Assembly (NCBI GenBank): GCA_021842405.1
Contig: JAKBZR010000006.1
Span: forward strand, 1-61,291
DNA from: a bacterium
Lineage (GTDB): Bacteria; Armatimonadota; Chthonomonadetes; Chthonomonadales; JAMCWF01
DNA: 61,291 nt
Reading direction: 5' to 3'
This document shows, in pieces, positions 26,792 to 35,884 of the stretch. The position numbers and the translations under genes are program-made. The notes beneath the pieces were generated by a model. It was not told the origin of the DNA and ran no database searches. It saw only the letters and a program-made list of their open reading frames with translations. The first letter of the stretch is position 1. Each line of letters opens with the position of its first letter.

Positions 26792-26822
26792 ACCATTCTC
26801 AGCAAACTTGAACTCTTATCTT
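26792..26822. repeat. Solo MITE-A end remnant
   Basis: ACCATTCTCAGCAAACTTGAACTCTTA resembles the right inverted repeat (ATGATTCCCGCAAAACTGAACTCTTA). No matching left end is nearby. Confidence 0.4.
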
Positions 26823-26874
26823 ATGCGTTATTATAATGCCGGGTTAATATATATCTATGATACGAAACCAACAA

Positions 26875-28065
26875 TCACAAAATATCAAAATTCCCTGATT
26901 GCAGTTGCTCGAATGCATGTAAAACCGCGACTCCCAGCGGCTCACCGGGCTTAATTTCGGATATTTCATTTAAGGTTGCCCTAACCCCGATGTCGCTGAT
27001 TTTGCGCTGCAGCTCCATCGCGGAGGGATCTTCATGGTCAAAGTAGAGCAATGCGGCCGCGATGCCGAACGGCAAACCTTCCATCTTTACACCGGTCGAC
27101 TCCACCAAGCGGGCGGCGCCCACGATTCGATCCTCCGCCCCCAGCTTTCGGATTGGGTCCCGCGCTAATCGCTGAACGGTATCGCCCAGCTCACGGTTAG
27201 CAAACCGCTCCAGCAGATCGGCAACGTGCGCACGCTGCTCACTTGCCTCGAACCCAAAACGGATGATGAGCGCCTCGCTCACCGCTGATAGCGCTCTATC
27301 CAGGGTCTTTCGAACATAAGGATCCTCCAGCGCGGTGTGTCCGTAAACGTGACCGCGACGAGAGCCCAAGTAACCGATCAGTGCATGGCCGCAGTTATGA
27401 ATGTATAGTTTGCGTGCCTCGTGAGCCTCGAAATTCATGACCGGCTCGACACCAACCAATGGCGGCAATTTCCCAACTATCGCGGCGCCATCAATCGGCA
27501 GTCGTTTATACGCCTCCACTCGAACCGCCAGCGGATTCACCCGTCGCTCCTCTTCGGTCTGGATCGGCACCATTCGGCTCACCACCGCGTGGGCGGTGCC
27601 GGTCGCCTTCAGCCAATCGGGATCCTCTTTTTCATCCCCTCTAAGATACCCTCGAAACACTTCCGCCGCACCGTGCAGGTTTTCCGCAATGATGATATTG
27701 AGCGGGCCGCCGCCTTTTTTCATTCTGATCTGCAACCCTCTCCGGATCGGCTCTACAATGAATGGCAATGCCCTTGCCCCGACAGCCGTCGCCGCGATGG
27801 CAGCGTCGGCTACCTCATTCGCGACCGCCCCGACATCGTGTACGTTGATCGCTCGGATTCGATCAATGAGGATGTCGCCTGCACCTTTGCCCACGATATA
27901 GATCGGGTACGAACCGCGCGCATTAATTGCCTGGATGATGGGCTCAACCACATCAACGAAGACAACCTCCAATCCCGACTCGTGAAAGAGTTGGGCTAAA
28001 AAACCGCGCCCGATATTTCCGGCCCCAAATATGACCGCTTTACCGCTATTTATCGCCATAGTCAT
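26875..28065 (-). CDS. Mannitol dehydrogenase family protein (mannitol-1-phosphate 5-dehydrogenase-like)
   Basis: KAVIFGAGNIGRGFLAQLFHESGLEVVFVDV matches the MtlD N-terminus. The length is about 395 aa. Confidence 0.85.
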   Translation of the reverse strand: MTMAINSGKAVIFGAGNIGRGFLAQLFHESGLEVVFVDVVEPIIQAINARGSYPIYIVGKGAGDILIDRIRAINVHDVGAVANEVADAAIAATAVGARALPFIVEPIRRGLQIRMKKGGGPLNIIIAENLHGAAEVFRGYLRGDEKEDPDWLKATGTAHAVVSRMVPIQTEEERRVNPLAVRVEAYKRLPIDGAAIVGKLPPLVGVEPVMNFEAHEARKLYIHNCGHALIGYLGSRRGHVYGHTALEDPYVRKTLDRALSAVSEALIIRFGFEASEQRAHVADLLERFANRELGDTVQRLARDPIRKLGAEDRIVGAARLVESTGVKMEGLPFGIAAALLYFDHEDPSAMELQRKISDIGVRATLNEISEIKPGEPLGVAVLHAFEQLQSGNFDIL

Positions 28066-28088
28066 TTAACAAATGATTTCCTTTATAA

Positions 28089-28571
28089 TTATCGGTTTTG
28101 CTTCAAGCGAAATGGGCGTGGCAGCAGATCGTGCAGGTGGTGGCGAATGATCCGGCCCGAACCGCAACCGATGACAATTTCGCAATCCTCTCCCTCGTCA
28201 CTCAGCTCCGCCATCCACTGCAGACAAGCCCCGCAAGGCATCGGCGCCGTATCACCTTCAACATAGAGCGTAACGATCCGAATGCGTTTTTCGCCGCCGA
28301 CCACGGCTGCCGCCATTGCCGTTCGCTCCGCGCAGATGCTCAAGCCATAGGAGGCGTTTTCTACGTTGCAGCCGCCGTAAACGCGATTGTCCTTCGTTAA
28401 AACGGCGGCGCCGACCTGATAACCGCTGTAGGGCGCGTATGCCCTGTTGAGCATCTCTTTGGCCACTGCAATTAAAATTGGAACCGACTCCGGTAAATTT
28501 TCGGCTTGAGTGGACGATTCTCGCTTATTCTTTAAATTTGACAACGGTAACCCCCGATCCGCCCTCTGCAT
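28089..28571 (-). CDS. cdd: Cytidine deaminase
   Basis: It has AYAPYSGYQVGAAVL, CAERTA and PCGACLQWM, the zinc ligands. The start is uncertain: the ATG at 28571 or the TTG at 28544, both overlapping the mutS2 3' end. Confidence 0.9.
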   Translation of the reverse strand: MQRADRGLPLSNLKNKRESSTQAENLPESVPILIAVAKEMLNRAYAPYSGYQVGAAVLTKDNRVYGGCNVENASYGLSICAERTAMAAAVVGGEKRIRIVTLYVEGDTAPMPCGACLQWMAELSDEGEDCEIVIGCGSGRIIRHHLHDLLPRPFRLKQNR

Positions 28572-30888
28572 CTTCAGCCAGCTTGTAGGAAGCGACCGCC
28601 GGGTGGCTCTCCAAAAACTCCCAGACCACACGGCGTAAGGTGCCGGTTCCCTTTCCATGCACGATACGGACTATCGAAAGGCCGGCCACCAGCGCGTCAT
28701 CCACGTATTTTTCCACCAGCGGAAGCGCCTCATCCACCCGCATCGCTCGTATCATGATCTCCGACGCAATGTGGGCAGCTTTGCGCTGCGCGATCGCACC
28801 CGCCGAGCTGGAGCAAGTTAATGAAGATTTTACCGGTTTCCCGCCCGGCACCAGCCGTCTCAGCGAACTCACCGGCGTCGTCGTGCGCAACGCCCCAATT
28901 TGAACCTTCGCCTCACCACCCGGTAAAAACTCCAGCAAGACTCCCTCCACCCCCAAATCGGTGAGCTTCACCCGCTCCCCGATCTCCAGCTCGACCGGCG
29001 CCGCCTCTTCCTCAATCGCCTCCTCCGGTGCCTCCAGCTCAACCTGAATCTGCTGACGTAATTCAGCCAACTGCGCCCGCGCCACGGCTCCTTTACGAGC
29101 GCCTTTGCCCATTTTCTTCAGGTCAGTCAGTATTCGCTCAACCTGCTCCGATGCTTTTCGAAGAAGCAGTCGAGCCTCCTCTTCCGTGTTGGAACGAACC
29201 GTTCGCTGGATCGCCCGAATCTCCAGCAGTCTTGCCTCCATTTCGGCCTGATCGCGCAGCGCTTTCTCGGTGGCCCGCTGAACATCCGCCCGATTCTGGT
29301 CAAGCTCCCGCTGAGAGCCTTCCAACTTGCTAATCAGAGCCATGATGTCGCGCTCATGGGGAGAGAGGTTTTTTCGGGCCGAGCTGACGATTTCATCCGG
29401 CAGACCCAGTCGGGCGGCCACCTCCAACGCATTGGAGCTGCCGGGTGACCCGATAATGAGCCGGTAGGTCGGCTTCAATGTCTCCCGATCGAACTCAACC
29501 GAGCCGTTCTCCACTCCGGTGGTGAGGTAGCCGTACTCCTTCAGCTCCCCATAATGGGTGGTGGCTACCACCAATGCACTCCTCGACTTAAAGTGGTCCA
29601 GCAGCGACTTAGCCAGCGCGGCGCCCTCAGCCGGATCGGTTCCGGCTCCGATTTCATCCAACAGCACCAGGCAATCGCCATCCACATCGCCCAATATTCG
29701 AATGATATTCCGCATATGAGCCGAATAGGTGGAGAGCGACTGCTGGATGTCTTGCTCATCCCCGATATCAGCGTAAATTCGCCGAAAGCAGGGCACCCGG
29801 CTTGAGCGATCGGCCGGAATTTGAAGGCCGGCCTGAACCATCATGCAGAGTAGGCCGGTTGTTTTCAGCGCAACCGTCTTACCGCCCGTGTTGGGACCGG
29901 TAATCAGCAGGGTGGTGAAGGAACCGCCGATTCGGATGTTGATGGGCACGACCTCTCCGGTCAGCAAAGGATGGCGGGCCGCACTAAGATCGAGCTCGCT
30001 GGATGGATGGAGGATCGGCTCGTTGGCTCCCATCGCAATTGCAAGCTGCGCCTTTGCGTTGGCCAGATCGAGCTGAGTACACATCTGAACGATTTGCCGG
30101 ATATGATTCTCATTGTGCGCCACCAGGGCGGCCAGCTTGGTTAGAATCCGGTCAACCTCCTGCGCCTCTTTGACCTTCAGCTCCTTCAGCTCGTTCCCCA
30201 TCGGCACGCAGTTGGCCGGCTCGATGAAAACGGTTGCCCCGCTGGCGCTGACATCGTGCACAATTCCTCCGAAGCGCGTCTTGTGCTCCGCCTTTACCGC
30301 CAAACAATAACGATCTTCCCGCATCGTTATGACCGGCTCCTGGAGGTGCGTCCTCACCGATTCGCTGGCCAGCATAGAGTTAAGGCGATCCATCAGGCGC
30401 TGGTGGGTCATTGCCAACTCATCACGAACCCTTTTAAGCTGAGCCGAAGCATCGTCCTTAATTCGGCCGTTCGGTTCCAGCGATCGCTCCAGTTGATTTT
30501 CAAGGATTGGAAGCTGAGGTAGGTGGGTGGCTGCTAGCGATAGCAGAGGGCAACGCTCTTTATGGCGAAGCAATGTTGTCCGTATTCGCTTTGCGGCCGC
30601 CAGCGTTTCGCCGATATCGAGCAGCTCATGGGGCGTAAGCTGAGCGCTGATTACCGCCTTGCCGACCGCATCCTCGATATCGCGGACTCCGCCCAGCGGT
30701 ATCCCGCTATCCTGATCGAGAAGATACCTTGCCTCCCGGGTCTCCTGAATCCGGCGTTTAATCTCCTCGATATCACCGCTGGGATAGAGCGATCGCGCCG
30801 CACGCCCGCCGGCTGAGGTGGCGCATTGGTCGGCCAGCATCTCCTGTATTCGAATGTATTCCAGCACGCGCAGCGAATGATCGTCCAT
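28525..30888 (-). CDS. mutS2: Endonuclease MutS2 (MutS domain plus C-terminal Smr domain)
   Basis: It has a Walker A motif (ITGPNTGGKTV), DEIGAGTDP, a long coiled coil and a C-terminal Smr domain (IVHGKGTGTLRR). Confidence 0.95.
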   Translation of the reverse strand: MDDHSLRVLEYIRIQEMLADQCATSAGGRAARSLYPSGDIEEIKRRIQETREARYLLDQDSGIPLGGVRDIEDAVGKAVISAQLTPHELLDIGETLAAAKRIRTTLLRHKERCPLLSLAATHLPQLPILENQLERSLEPNGRIKDDASAQLKRVRDELAMTHQRLMDRLNSMLASESVRTHLQEPVITMREDRYCLAVKAEHKTRFGGIVHDVSASGATVFIEPANCVPMGNELKELKVKEAQEVDRILTKLAALVAHNENHIRQIVQMCTQLDLANAKAQLAIAMGANEPILHPSSELDLSAARHPLLTGEVVPINIRIGGSFTTLLITGPNTGGKTVALKTTGLLCMMVQAGLQIPADRSSRVPCFRRIYADIGDEQDIQQSLSTYSAHMRNIIRILGDVDGDCLVLLDEIGAGTDPAEGAALAKSLLDHFKSRSALVVATTHYGELKEYGYLTTGVENGSVEFDRETLKPTYRLIIGSPGSSNALEVAARLGLPDEIVSSARKNLSPHERDIMALISKLEGSQRELDQNRADVQRATEKALRDQAEMEARLLEIRAIQRTVRSNTEEEARLLLRKASEQVERILTDLKKMGKGARKGAVARAQLAELRQQIQVELEAPEEAIEEEAAPVELEIGERVKLTDLGVEGVLLEFLPGGEAKVQIGALRTTTPVSSLRRLVPGGKPVKSSLTCSSSAGAIAQRKAAHIASEIMIRAMRVDEALPLVEKYVDDALVAGLSIVRIVHGKGTGTLRRVVWEFLESHPAVASYKLAEDAEGGSGVTVVKFKE

Positions 30889-30947
30889 GTCTCATGTTAC
30901 AGGTTAGCATGCACCGGTTGCAGCCGTCAACGAATCGCCGCTCTTAG

Positions 30948-31141
30948 GAAGAGTTCAGTTTTGTTGGAATGATTTTCGTTCGCCCCGCCGCTAAACTCCT
31001 TCCCCCTCCTAGAGGGAAGGGCGGGATGGGGGTCAAGGCGCACCGCCCTGTAATAATCAACTCCCTCCCCCCTCGTGGGGGAGGGTTGGGGTGGGGAGCG
31101 ACCAATGCTGCTAAAATCATTCCCATAAATTTGAACTCATT
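30948..31141. mobile_element. MITE-A variant 3
   Basis: Left end is GAAGAGTTCAGTTTTGTTGGAATGATTTTCGTTCG and right end is CTAAAATCATTCCCATAAATTTGAACTCATT. The interior has CCCTCCCCCCTCGTGGGGGAGGG and CTTCCCCCTCCTAGAGGGAAGG hairpins. Confidence 0.75.
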
Positions 31142-31318
31142 CGGCGAATCCCCATGCCTCCTCTCCCATCGTCCGCCCGATGGGAACCAATTGAAATGCT
31201 CTTGAGCTGCTGCTGAAATTTGTTACCTGCAGGCTGCAGGCAGGAAAATTGAAATGCGAACAATAATAGAGCATCATGACGGATAAGTTGGCTCGACGGC
31301 ATAAGAAGGAGTCAACCG

Positions 31319-31570
31319 ATGAGAGCTTTTTTAAATGGTCTACGGGTCTTCTTAGTCCTATTGATAACATTTGTGATTGGTGTTATCTCAATCACAGGGA
31401 TAATCCTCTTCTTATGGCTTGGGTTTATCCTTTTGTTTGGGTTTACCTATATGCTCAGTGGACTTTTATCGTTTAATTTTTTTCCAATTCTTGATGGTGT
31501 ACTTTCCATTTTCGGGGGTTTGGTTATTTGGAAGCTAGGCAGTATGTATTTGAAGAAGCGGCTACACTAG
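31319..31570 (+). CDS. Small hydrophobic membrane protein (83 aa), unknown function
   Basis: A strong SD (AAGGAG) lies 7 nt upstream. It has 2-3 TM helices and is markedly AT-rich relative to its neighbours. Confidence 0.6.
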   Translation: MRAFLNGLRVFLVLLITFVIGVISITGIILFLWLGFILLFGFTYMLSGLLSFNFFPILDGVLSIFGGLVIWKLGSMYLKKRLH

Positions 31571-31603
31571 CCCATTACTTTTCTTTCGGAATAAGACCAA
31601 TCA

Positions 31604-33258
31604 ATGAAAGCCTTCTTTAAAGGTTTCCGGCGCTGGCTGATGATCCTGGCAATCCTGATGATGCTGGTGCTCTTAATCACACCCAATATGAATTGGATCG
31701 TGTTGAACGAGGGCCGACTCCTATGGCCATTTATTAAACTGGATCGAGTGCCCGCCATTGCTTCAAGCCTATCCAAGCAACAAATTGACCGTGTTATCCG
31801 CCGCCACCCCCAGGATTTCAACCTGAAATTAGCGGCCGCTGCTTTTTCCGGCATGCCGTCGCCGTCGTGGTTCCAGTTCAAGCCAAACTCAAGATCACCG
31901 CTTCAACTATTGATTGACAAGTATCCCAACAACCCGGCGCCCTACGCCCTCTTACTGGGAGGGAACCTGCGGATTGACCCTGAATTCGGACGTAACACGA
32001 TGGCTAATGGGCCCCTTTTTGATGCCATCAATGGGCCGGCGCCTACCGGGCCTGCTCGCATACGCCTATTACAACTGGAGAGGCTGGCTGAAAGGGCGAA
32101 AAGCTGGACCCCGACAACGGTTTGTGGACGGTGTTTCGAGCCGCCATACTCTACAACCTTCATCAAGACAGCAAAGCAAACAAAGTCTTCATTCAGCTTT
32201 CCAACAAAAAGTTTTGGAATACCTACCAATCCGAAGCTGACCTTTCCGTCATTCGATTATTAAAGCTGGCGCATGGCCGACAGAGCGCGGTAGCAGTGTT
32301 TGCCACCTATCTAGGTGTTAAATTTGATGTTGGCGGCATGCTCCGTGCGCTGGCACGAGTGGCAGTCGGCAATGCGATCCGTCTTGAGATGAAGGGACAC
32401 TTGAATCAATGCCTGGCGATCCGCCACGCCGTCGTCTATCTGGGCGGTCTATTGAGAGCCTACTCCCATCAACTCTTACCGGCGCTGGTTGGACCCGCAA
32501 TCGCTAGTGTCGGAGCATTGGGCGGCCATAATTGGGGTGCCCCACCCAAATGGCTGTCTGGCGTGCAGAATGTACAATGGCGATTGAATCATTTAGTAAC
32601 CTACCTTCGCAGTAAGGGTCATGCACAAGAGGCGAAATGGATTTCAAAAGAGCTGGACGCTGATTACCAAATTACTCAGGTAACATCGATTGCATTACCA
32701 AAAAACCCAGTTGTAAAAAGGACAAGATTGTTGATCTACTCATGGGGTTCCGGTTACCTACTGTTGAAGGCAGCGTTGATATTGCTCATTCTGGCCGGCA
32801 TAAGCTTTTTGCTCAGCCCCCTCACCCCACTGAAGAGGACAGAGATTAAGCGGCGGCGCAGTCGGCTAGTTATAGCCGGAGTTTTCCTCATCGCGCTGAT
32901 CGTGATTGGGTTTACTTATGAATACTGGTTTGTAACGTACGCCAATCAGCCGGCGTTTGGAAACTCATGGGTCATAAGCTGGATTTTGTGGTCTTTTCCA
33001 GCCATTGCAGTCGCCTGGCTGGTTATCGTCTCCATTATAAACTGGCGGCGTAAGGCGCCGTGGTTGGCCGGGGCGGTTAATGGGTTTCACCGTTTTGCGA
33101 TACCGTTTGCCTGCTTAACTTTGTTGGCTTACGGCGGAGTGGTACTTGGCACTGCCAAGCAAGAATCATCATTCAACCGAATTGTGAAGCAGATCACCCG
33201 TAACGAGTGTCGCTATTACGAGAAACTGGCCGGACGAACCTGGTCGCACTCTCCGTGA
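31604..33258 (+). pseudogene. Frameshifted paralog of the 3946..5955 membrane protein (track ORFs 31604..32263 and 32122..33258)
   Basis: Two overlapping ORFs in different frames together align along the full length of the 669-aa paralog. The frame switch maps to about 32088-32092, where one base is missing relative to the paralogous DNA (4588-4616). Confidence 0.75.
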
Positions 33259-33317
33259 GAGCGACCAGAGAGGCAGGAATAGTAGATACCAATCATTCAA
33301 ATAAGGAGCGTGGTTAG

Positions 33318-33656
33318 ATGATAATCCTTCTCGGTGCACTGTTTTTCGATATCCTCTACGGAATACCTGTGTACATCATCGCCAAGAAATCGGAGCATCA
33401 ATATAGTTGGTTTGCGTTCATCCCCCTTGCCAACCTCTGGCTGATGTGCGATATGGCCGACGTCGAATTGTACTGGCTGGCTGCAGTTATCGTTGCTGGA
33501 TTTATTCCTTTTATAGGCGGATTGGCCGCCTTGGTATTCAATGCTGTTATATGGATGAGGCTGGCCGAAAACGCGGAGAAACCGAGCTGGTACGGCGTTT
33601 TAATGGATATTCCGGTCGTGAATTTGGTGGTCGGCTACTACATCGCCTTTGCCTAA
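33318..33656 (+). CDS. DUF5684-like small membrane protein
   Basis: SD AAGGAG lies upstream. The pattern is IIAKKSEHQYSWFAFIPLANLWLM...IPFIGGLAALVF... Confidence 0.65.
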   Translation: MIILLGALFFDILYGIPVYIIAKKSEHQYSWFAFIPLANLWLMCDMADVELYWLAAVIVAGFIPFIGGLAALVFNAVIWMRLAENAEKPSWYGVLMDIPVVNLVVGYYIAFA

Positions 33657-33666
33657 CCTCATCCAT

Positions 33667-34671
33667 TTACTTGGTTGCCGGCGCAGCGGGTTGGCTCAAC
33701 AGATCCTGATAGCCGGGCAGCAATATCTTGACGGACGATTGCTTTTCAAAGGTAGCGATCTTTTTGGTGGCCGCATCCACTCCACCCGCTTTGGCGAAGA
33801 GCGCCTGCCGCTCCACCGTCCCCTTGATGGTATCAAACGAAGGCGGCGCGCCCTTTTTCAAATCCGTTAATTTTGCAATGAACCAAATCGTTTGGGGGGG
33901 TTGATTGGTGCGAGCCGGAATCGTCTGCATGGCGACTGGATCGGTGTATTGGCCGGCGCTCAACTTAGTTATGGCAGCTCGCAGTGGGACGGGTATCTGC
34001 GGGTCATTCGAGGGGACGGTACCGAAGGCGCCGCCTGAATCGCGCGTGCTGGGATCATCGGAATACTGTTTTGCCACCGCGGCGAAGTCCTGACCTGCCT
34101 TCAAAGCCTTTTCAACCTGATCCAGCTTTGTCTGTGAATTGACACGAATGATAGAGAGCGTCCACTGATCCGGTGGTGTGTAATCGGCAAGATGCTGGTT
34201 ATAGTAATCTTGTACTTCGGTAGGTGTGACATTTACATTGATGGTTGCGATGTTATAGACCGCCCGCTGGTATTCAATCTCGGTTTTTAGCATCGCATCA
34301 GTCATGATTCCGCTGGACAAGGCATGCGAAATGTTGGGCTCTTTTTCCAGCGCCTGCATTTCGGAAGCAACGTCGGTATCTTTCGGCAGCAGATCAGTCT
34401 TAGCGGCGTATTGCAGCACCAGTTGCTGATTGATCAACATCATCATAACGAGCTGCCCGGCGGTCACGTTTTTAAACAACAACGGATTGGTCGAAGCGAT
34501 AAAATCACTCCCGGTAACCAATTGAAGCCGCGCGTAAAACTCTTGCTGAGTGATCGGCTGGCCGTTCACTTCAGCCACGATACCGCTGTTCGTGGTTTGG
34601 GCTAATGCACATCCCGCCGTTAGTACCAGGCAAACAGTAAAAATAATCCGCGTGCGCCAGCGAAATTCCAT
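33667..34671 (-). CDS. Peptidyl-prolyl cis-trans isomerase, SurA/PrsA-like (parvulin domain)
   Basis: It has a signal peptide, a SurA-N-like start (VAEVNGQPITQQEF) and a parvulin region (DFAAVAKQYSDDPSTRDSGGAFG). Confidence 0.85.
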   Translation of the reverse strand: MEFRWRTRIIFTVCLVLTAGCALAQTTNSGIVAEVNGQPITQQEFYARLQLVTGSDFIASTNPLLFKNVTAGQLVMMMLINQQLVLQYAAKTDLLPKDTDVASEMQALEKEPNISHALSSGIMTDAMLKTEIEYQRAVYNIATINVNVTPTEVQDYYNQHLADYTPPDQWTLSIIRVNSQTKLDQVEKALKAGQDFAAVAKQYSDDPSTRDSGGAFGTVPSNDPQIPVPLRAAITKLSAGQYTDPVAMQTIPARTNQPPQTIWFIAKLTDLKKGAPPSFDTIKGTVERQALFAKAGGVDAATKKIATFEKQSSVKILLPGYQDLLSQPAAPATK

Positions 34672-34745
34672 ACGAAGTTCTCCTTAATATCCCGGTTGTA
34701 AGTTGATATGCCGGCAAGCAGCATCGGCTCGCTCACAGGCATCGC

Positions 34746-35234
34746 TTAGAAATGCCACTCCATGTCGCCCCAGATCGTCTGTATGTAGTCCAATTGGGCG
34801 GCATGACTTTGCAGATGAAGGGCCGGTATATAGAGCAGATCGGCCACTTTGACGGTTCCAAAGAAGCGATGCTCCCGCGTCATCTCAAGTTCGGCAGCCG
34901 GTATCGCTTCGAGCAGCGATATCAATTGCGCCGTGTTCTCCTCGACAAGCTGAATCGCGGCCTCACGGCTTTTAACGCTCTTTTCCCGGGCATTCGCTTC
35001 CTCCCGTACCGCCTTCAGCTCCTCCGGCGAGGATGGAAGCTGAAGCTCACCGGCGATCCACTTGCCGAGGAATACGCTGGAGAAGCCGCAATGGGCTACG
35101 ATTTGTAACGGGGTGCGGGCGGTGGCGCTCGGGCTCCAGTTGAGCTTGTCATCGGGCACATGCTGAAAAGAACGGAGTAGGCGACCCTTCGCTTGCTCTA
35201 TGTTTACTTTCGCTTTTTGGGTTAGTTCGTTCAT
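34746..35234 (-). CDS. DinB family protein
   Basis: It has a four-helix DinB pattern (LNWSPSATARTPLQIVAHC ... HLQSHAAQL). The ATG at 35234 is preceded by GGAGGA. Confidence 0.85.
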   Translation of the reverse strand: MNELTQKAKVNIEQAKGRLLRSFQHVPDDKLNWSPSATARTPLQIVAHCGFSSVFLGKWIAGELQLPSSPEELKAVREEANAREKSVKSREAAIQLVEENTAQLISLLEAIPAAELEMTREHRFFGTVKVADLLYIPALHLQSHAAQLDYIQTIWGDMEWHF

Positions 35235-35518
35235 CTTCTTCCTCCGACCTGTATTCATCCCCAATATCACTCAACCCCACAACTTCTGCCTGTCCTTCAA
35301 CTGCGGTGGAACGCTCAATAAGCCATCATTTTGCAAAGGCAAGTATTGTCAGGTATGATGACCCGGAATGATTACTGGAAATTATGAACGGTAAAACTGT
35401 TTTTGTCTATAAAATCATAGATACGAAAGAGCTCAGTTTACTGGGAATGTTTTCATTCGACCCCCACCCTAATCCTCCCCCGTAAACGGGGGAGGGAGTG
35501 GCCCACACACATTGGGGT

Positions 35519-35738
35519 GAAACCCGCCGCTTCGTCATTCCCGCATGGCTCCACTCCAGTGGAGTGGATGGCGGGAATCCACTCCACTGCCCATCGGTAG
35601 GTAGGTAGGTAGGTAGGTAGGTACGATGGCGTTCTGGATTCCGGGTTCCACTTTGCGGCCGCCTGTCTGCTCAGGCAGGCCGCAGGCAGGCGGAATGACG
35701 TCCGGGTGGATTTTATTGTATTTTTCAACATCCTCTAA
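35519..35738. mobile_element. MITE-B copy 3, nested in the MITE-A composite
   Basis: It has the same left module as copies 1 and 2 and the same right module (GGCGGAATGACGTCCGGGTGGATTTTATTGTATTTTTCAACATCC). It carries a (GGTA)7 expansion and an extra hairpin insert. Confidence 0.65.
35596..35623. repeat. Tetranucleotide microsatellite (GGTA)7
   Basis: Read directly: GGTAGGTAGGTAGGTAGGTAGGTAGGTA. Confidence 0.95.
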
Positions 35739-35884
35739 GTGTTCCACCGAACTGAACTCATTCGACATCCTGCGTAAGCCCGGAGAACTGAACTCTTACT
35801 TAAGATACAGAAATGTTTCATCCTCCAGCACGTTTAACCGCACTGGAGGATGATGTCAAAGGCGACATTGAAGCAGCGCTATGG

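Larger units (their letters stand above)
35426..35798. mobile_element. Composite repeat: MITE-A interrupted by MITE-B, plus an extra MITE-A right end
   Basis: The MITE-A left end starts at 35426 (AAAGAGCTCAGTTTACTGGGAATG). MITE-A right ends finish at 35762 (..GAACTGAACTCATT) and 35798 (..GAACTGAACTCTTA). MITE-B occupies 35519-35738. Confidence 0.7.

Noticed and set aside
31371-31395. The inverted repeat TGTGATT-N11-AATCACA as a second CRP-like site.
   Set aside because: It lies inside the coding sequence of the 83-aa membrane protein and has the wrong spacing for a CRP/FNR site. It is most likely coincidental.
35799-35808. A target-site duplication for the composite element at 35426-35798 (CATAGATACG on the left, CTTAAGATAC on the right).
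   Set aside because: Only 4/10 positions match in register, or 6/10 with a 1-nt offset (shared AGATAC). This is not convincing, so it is not used as evidence. Similarly, TATTAGCCGG (16207-16216) against TACTAGCCTA (16563-16572) matches only 7/10, next to an undefined element end.
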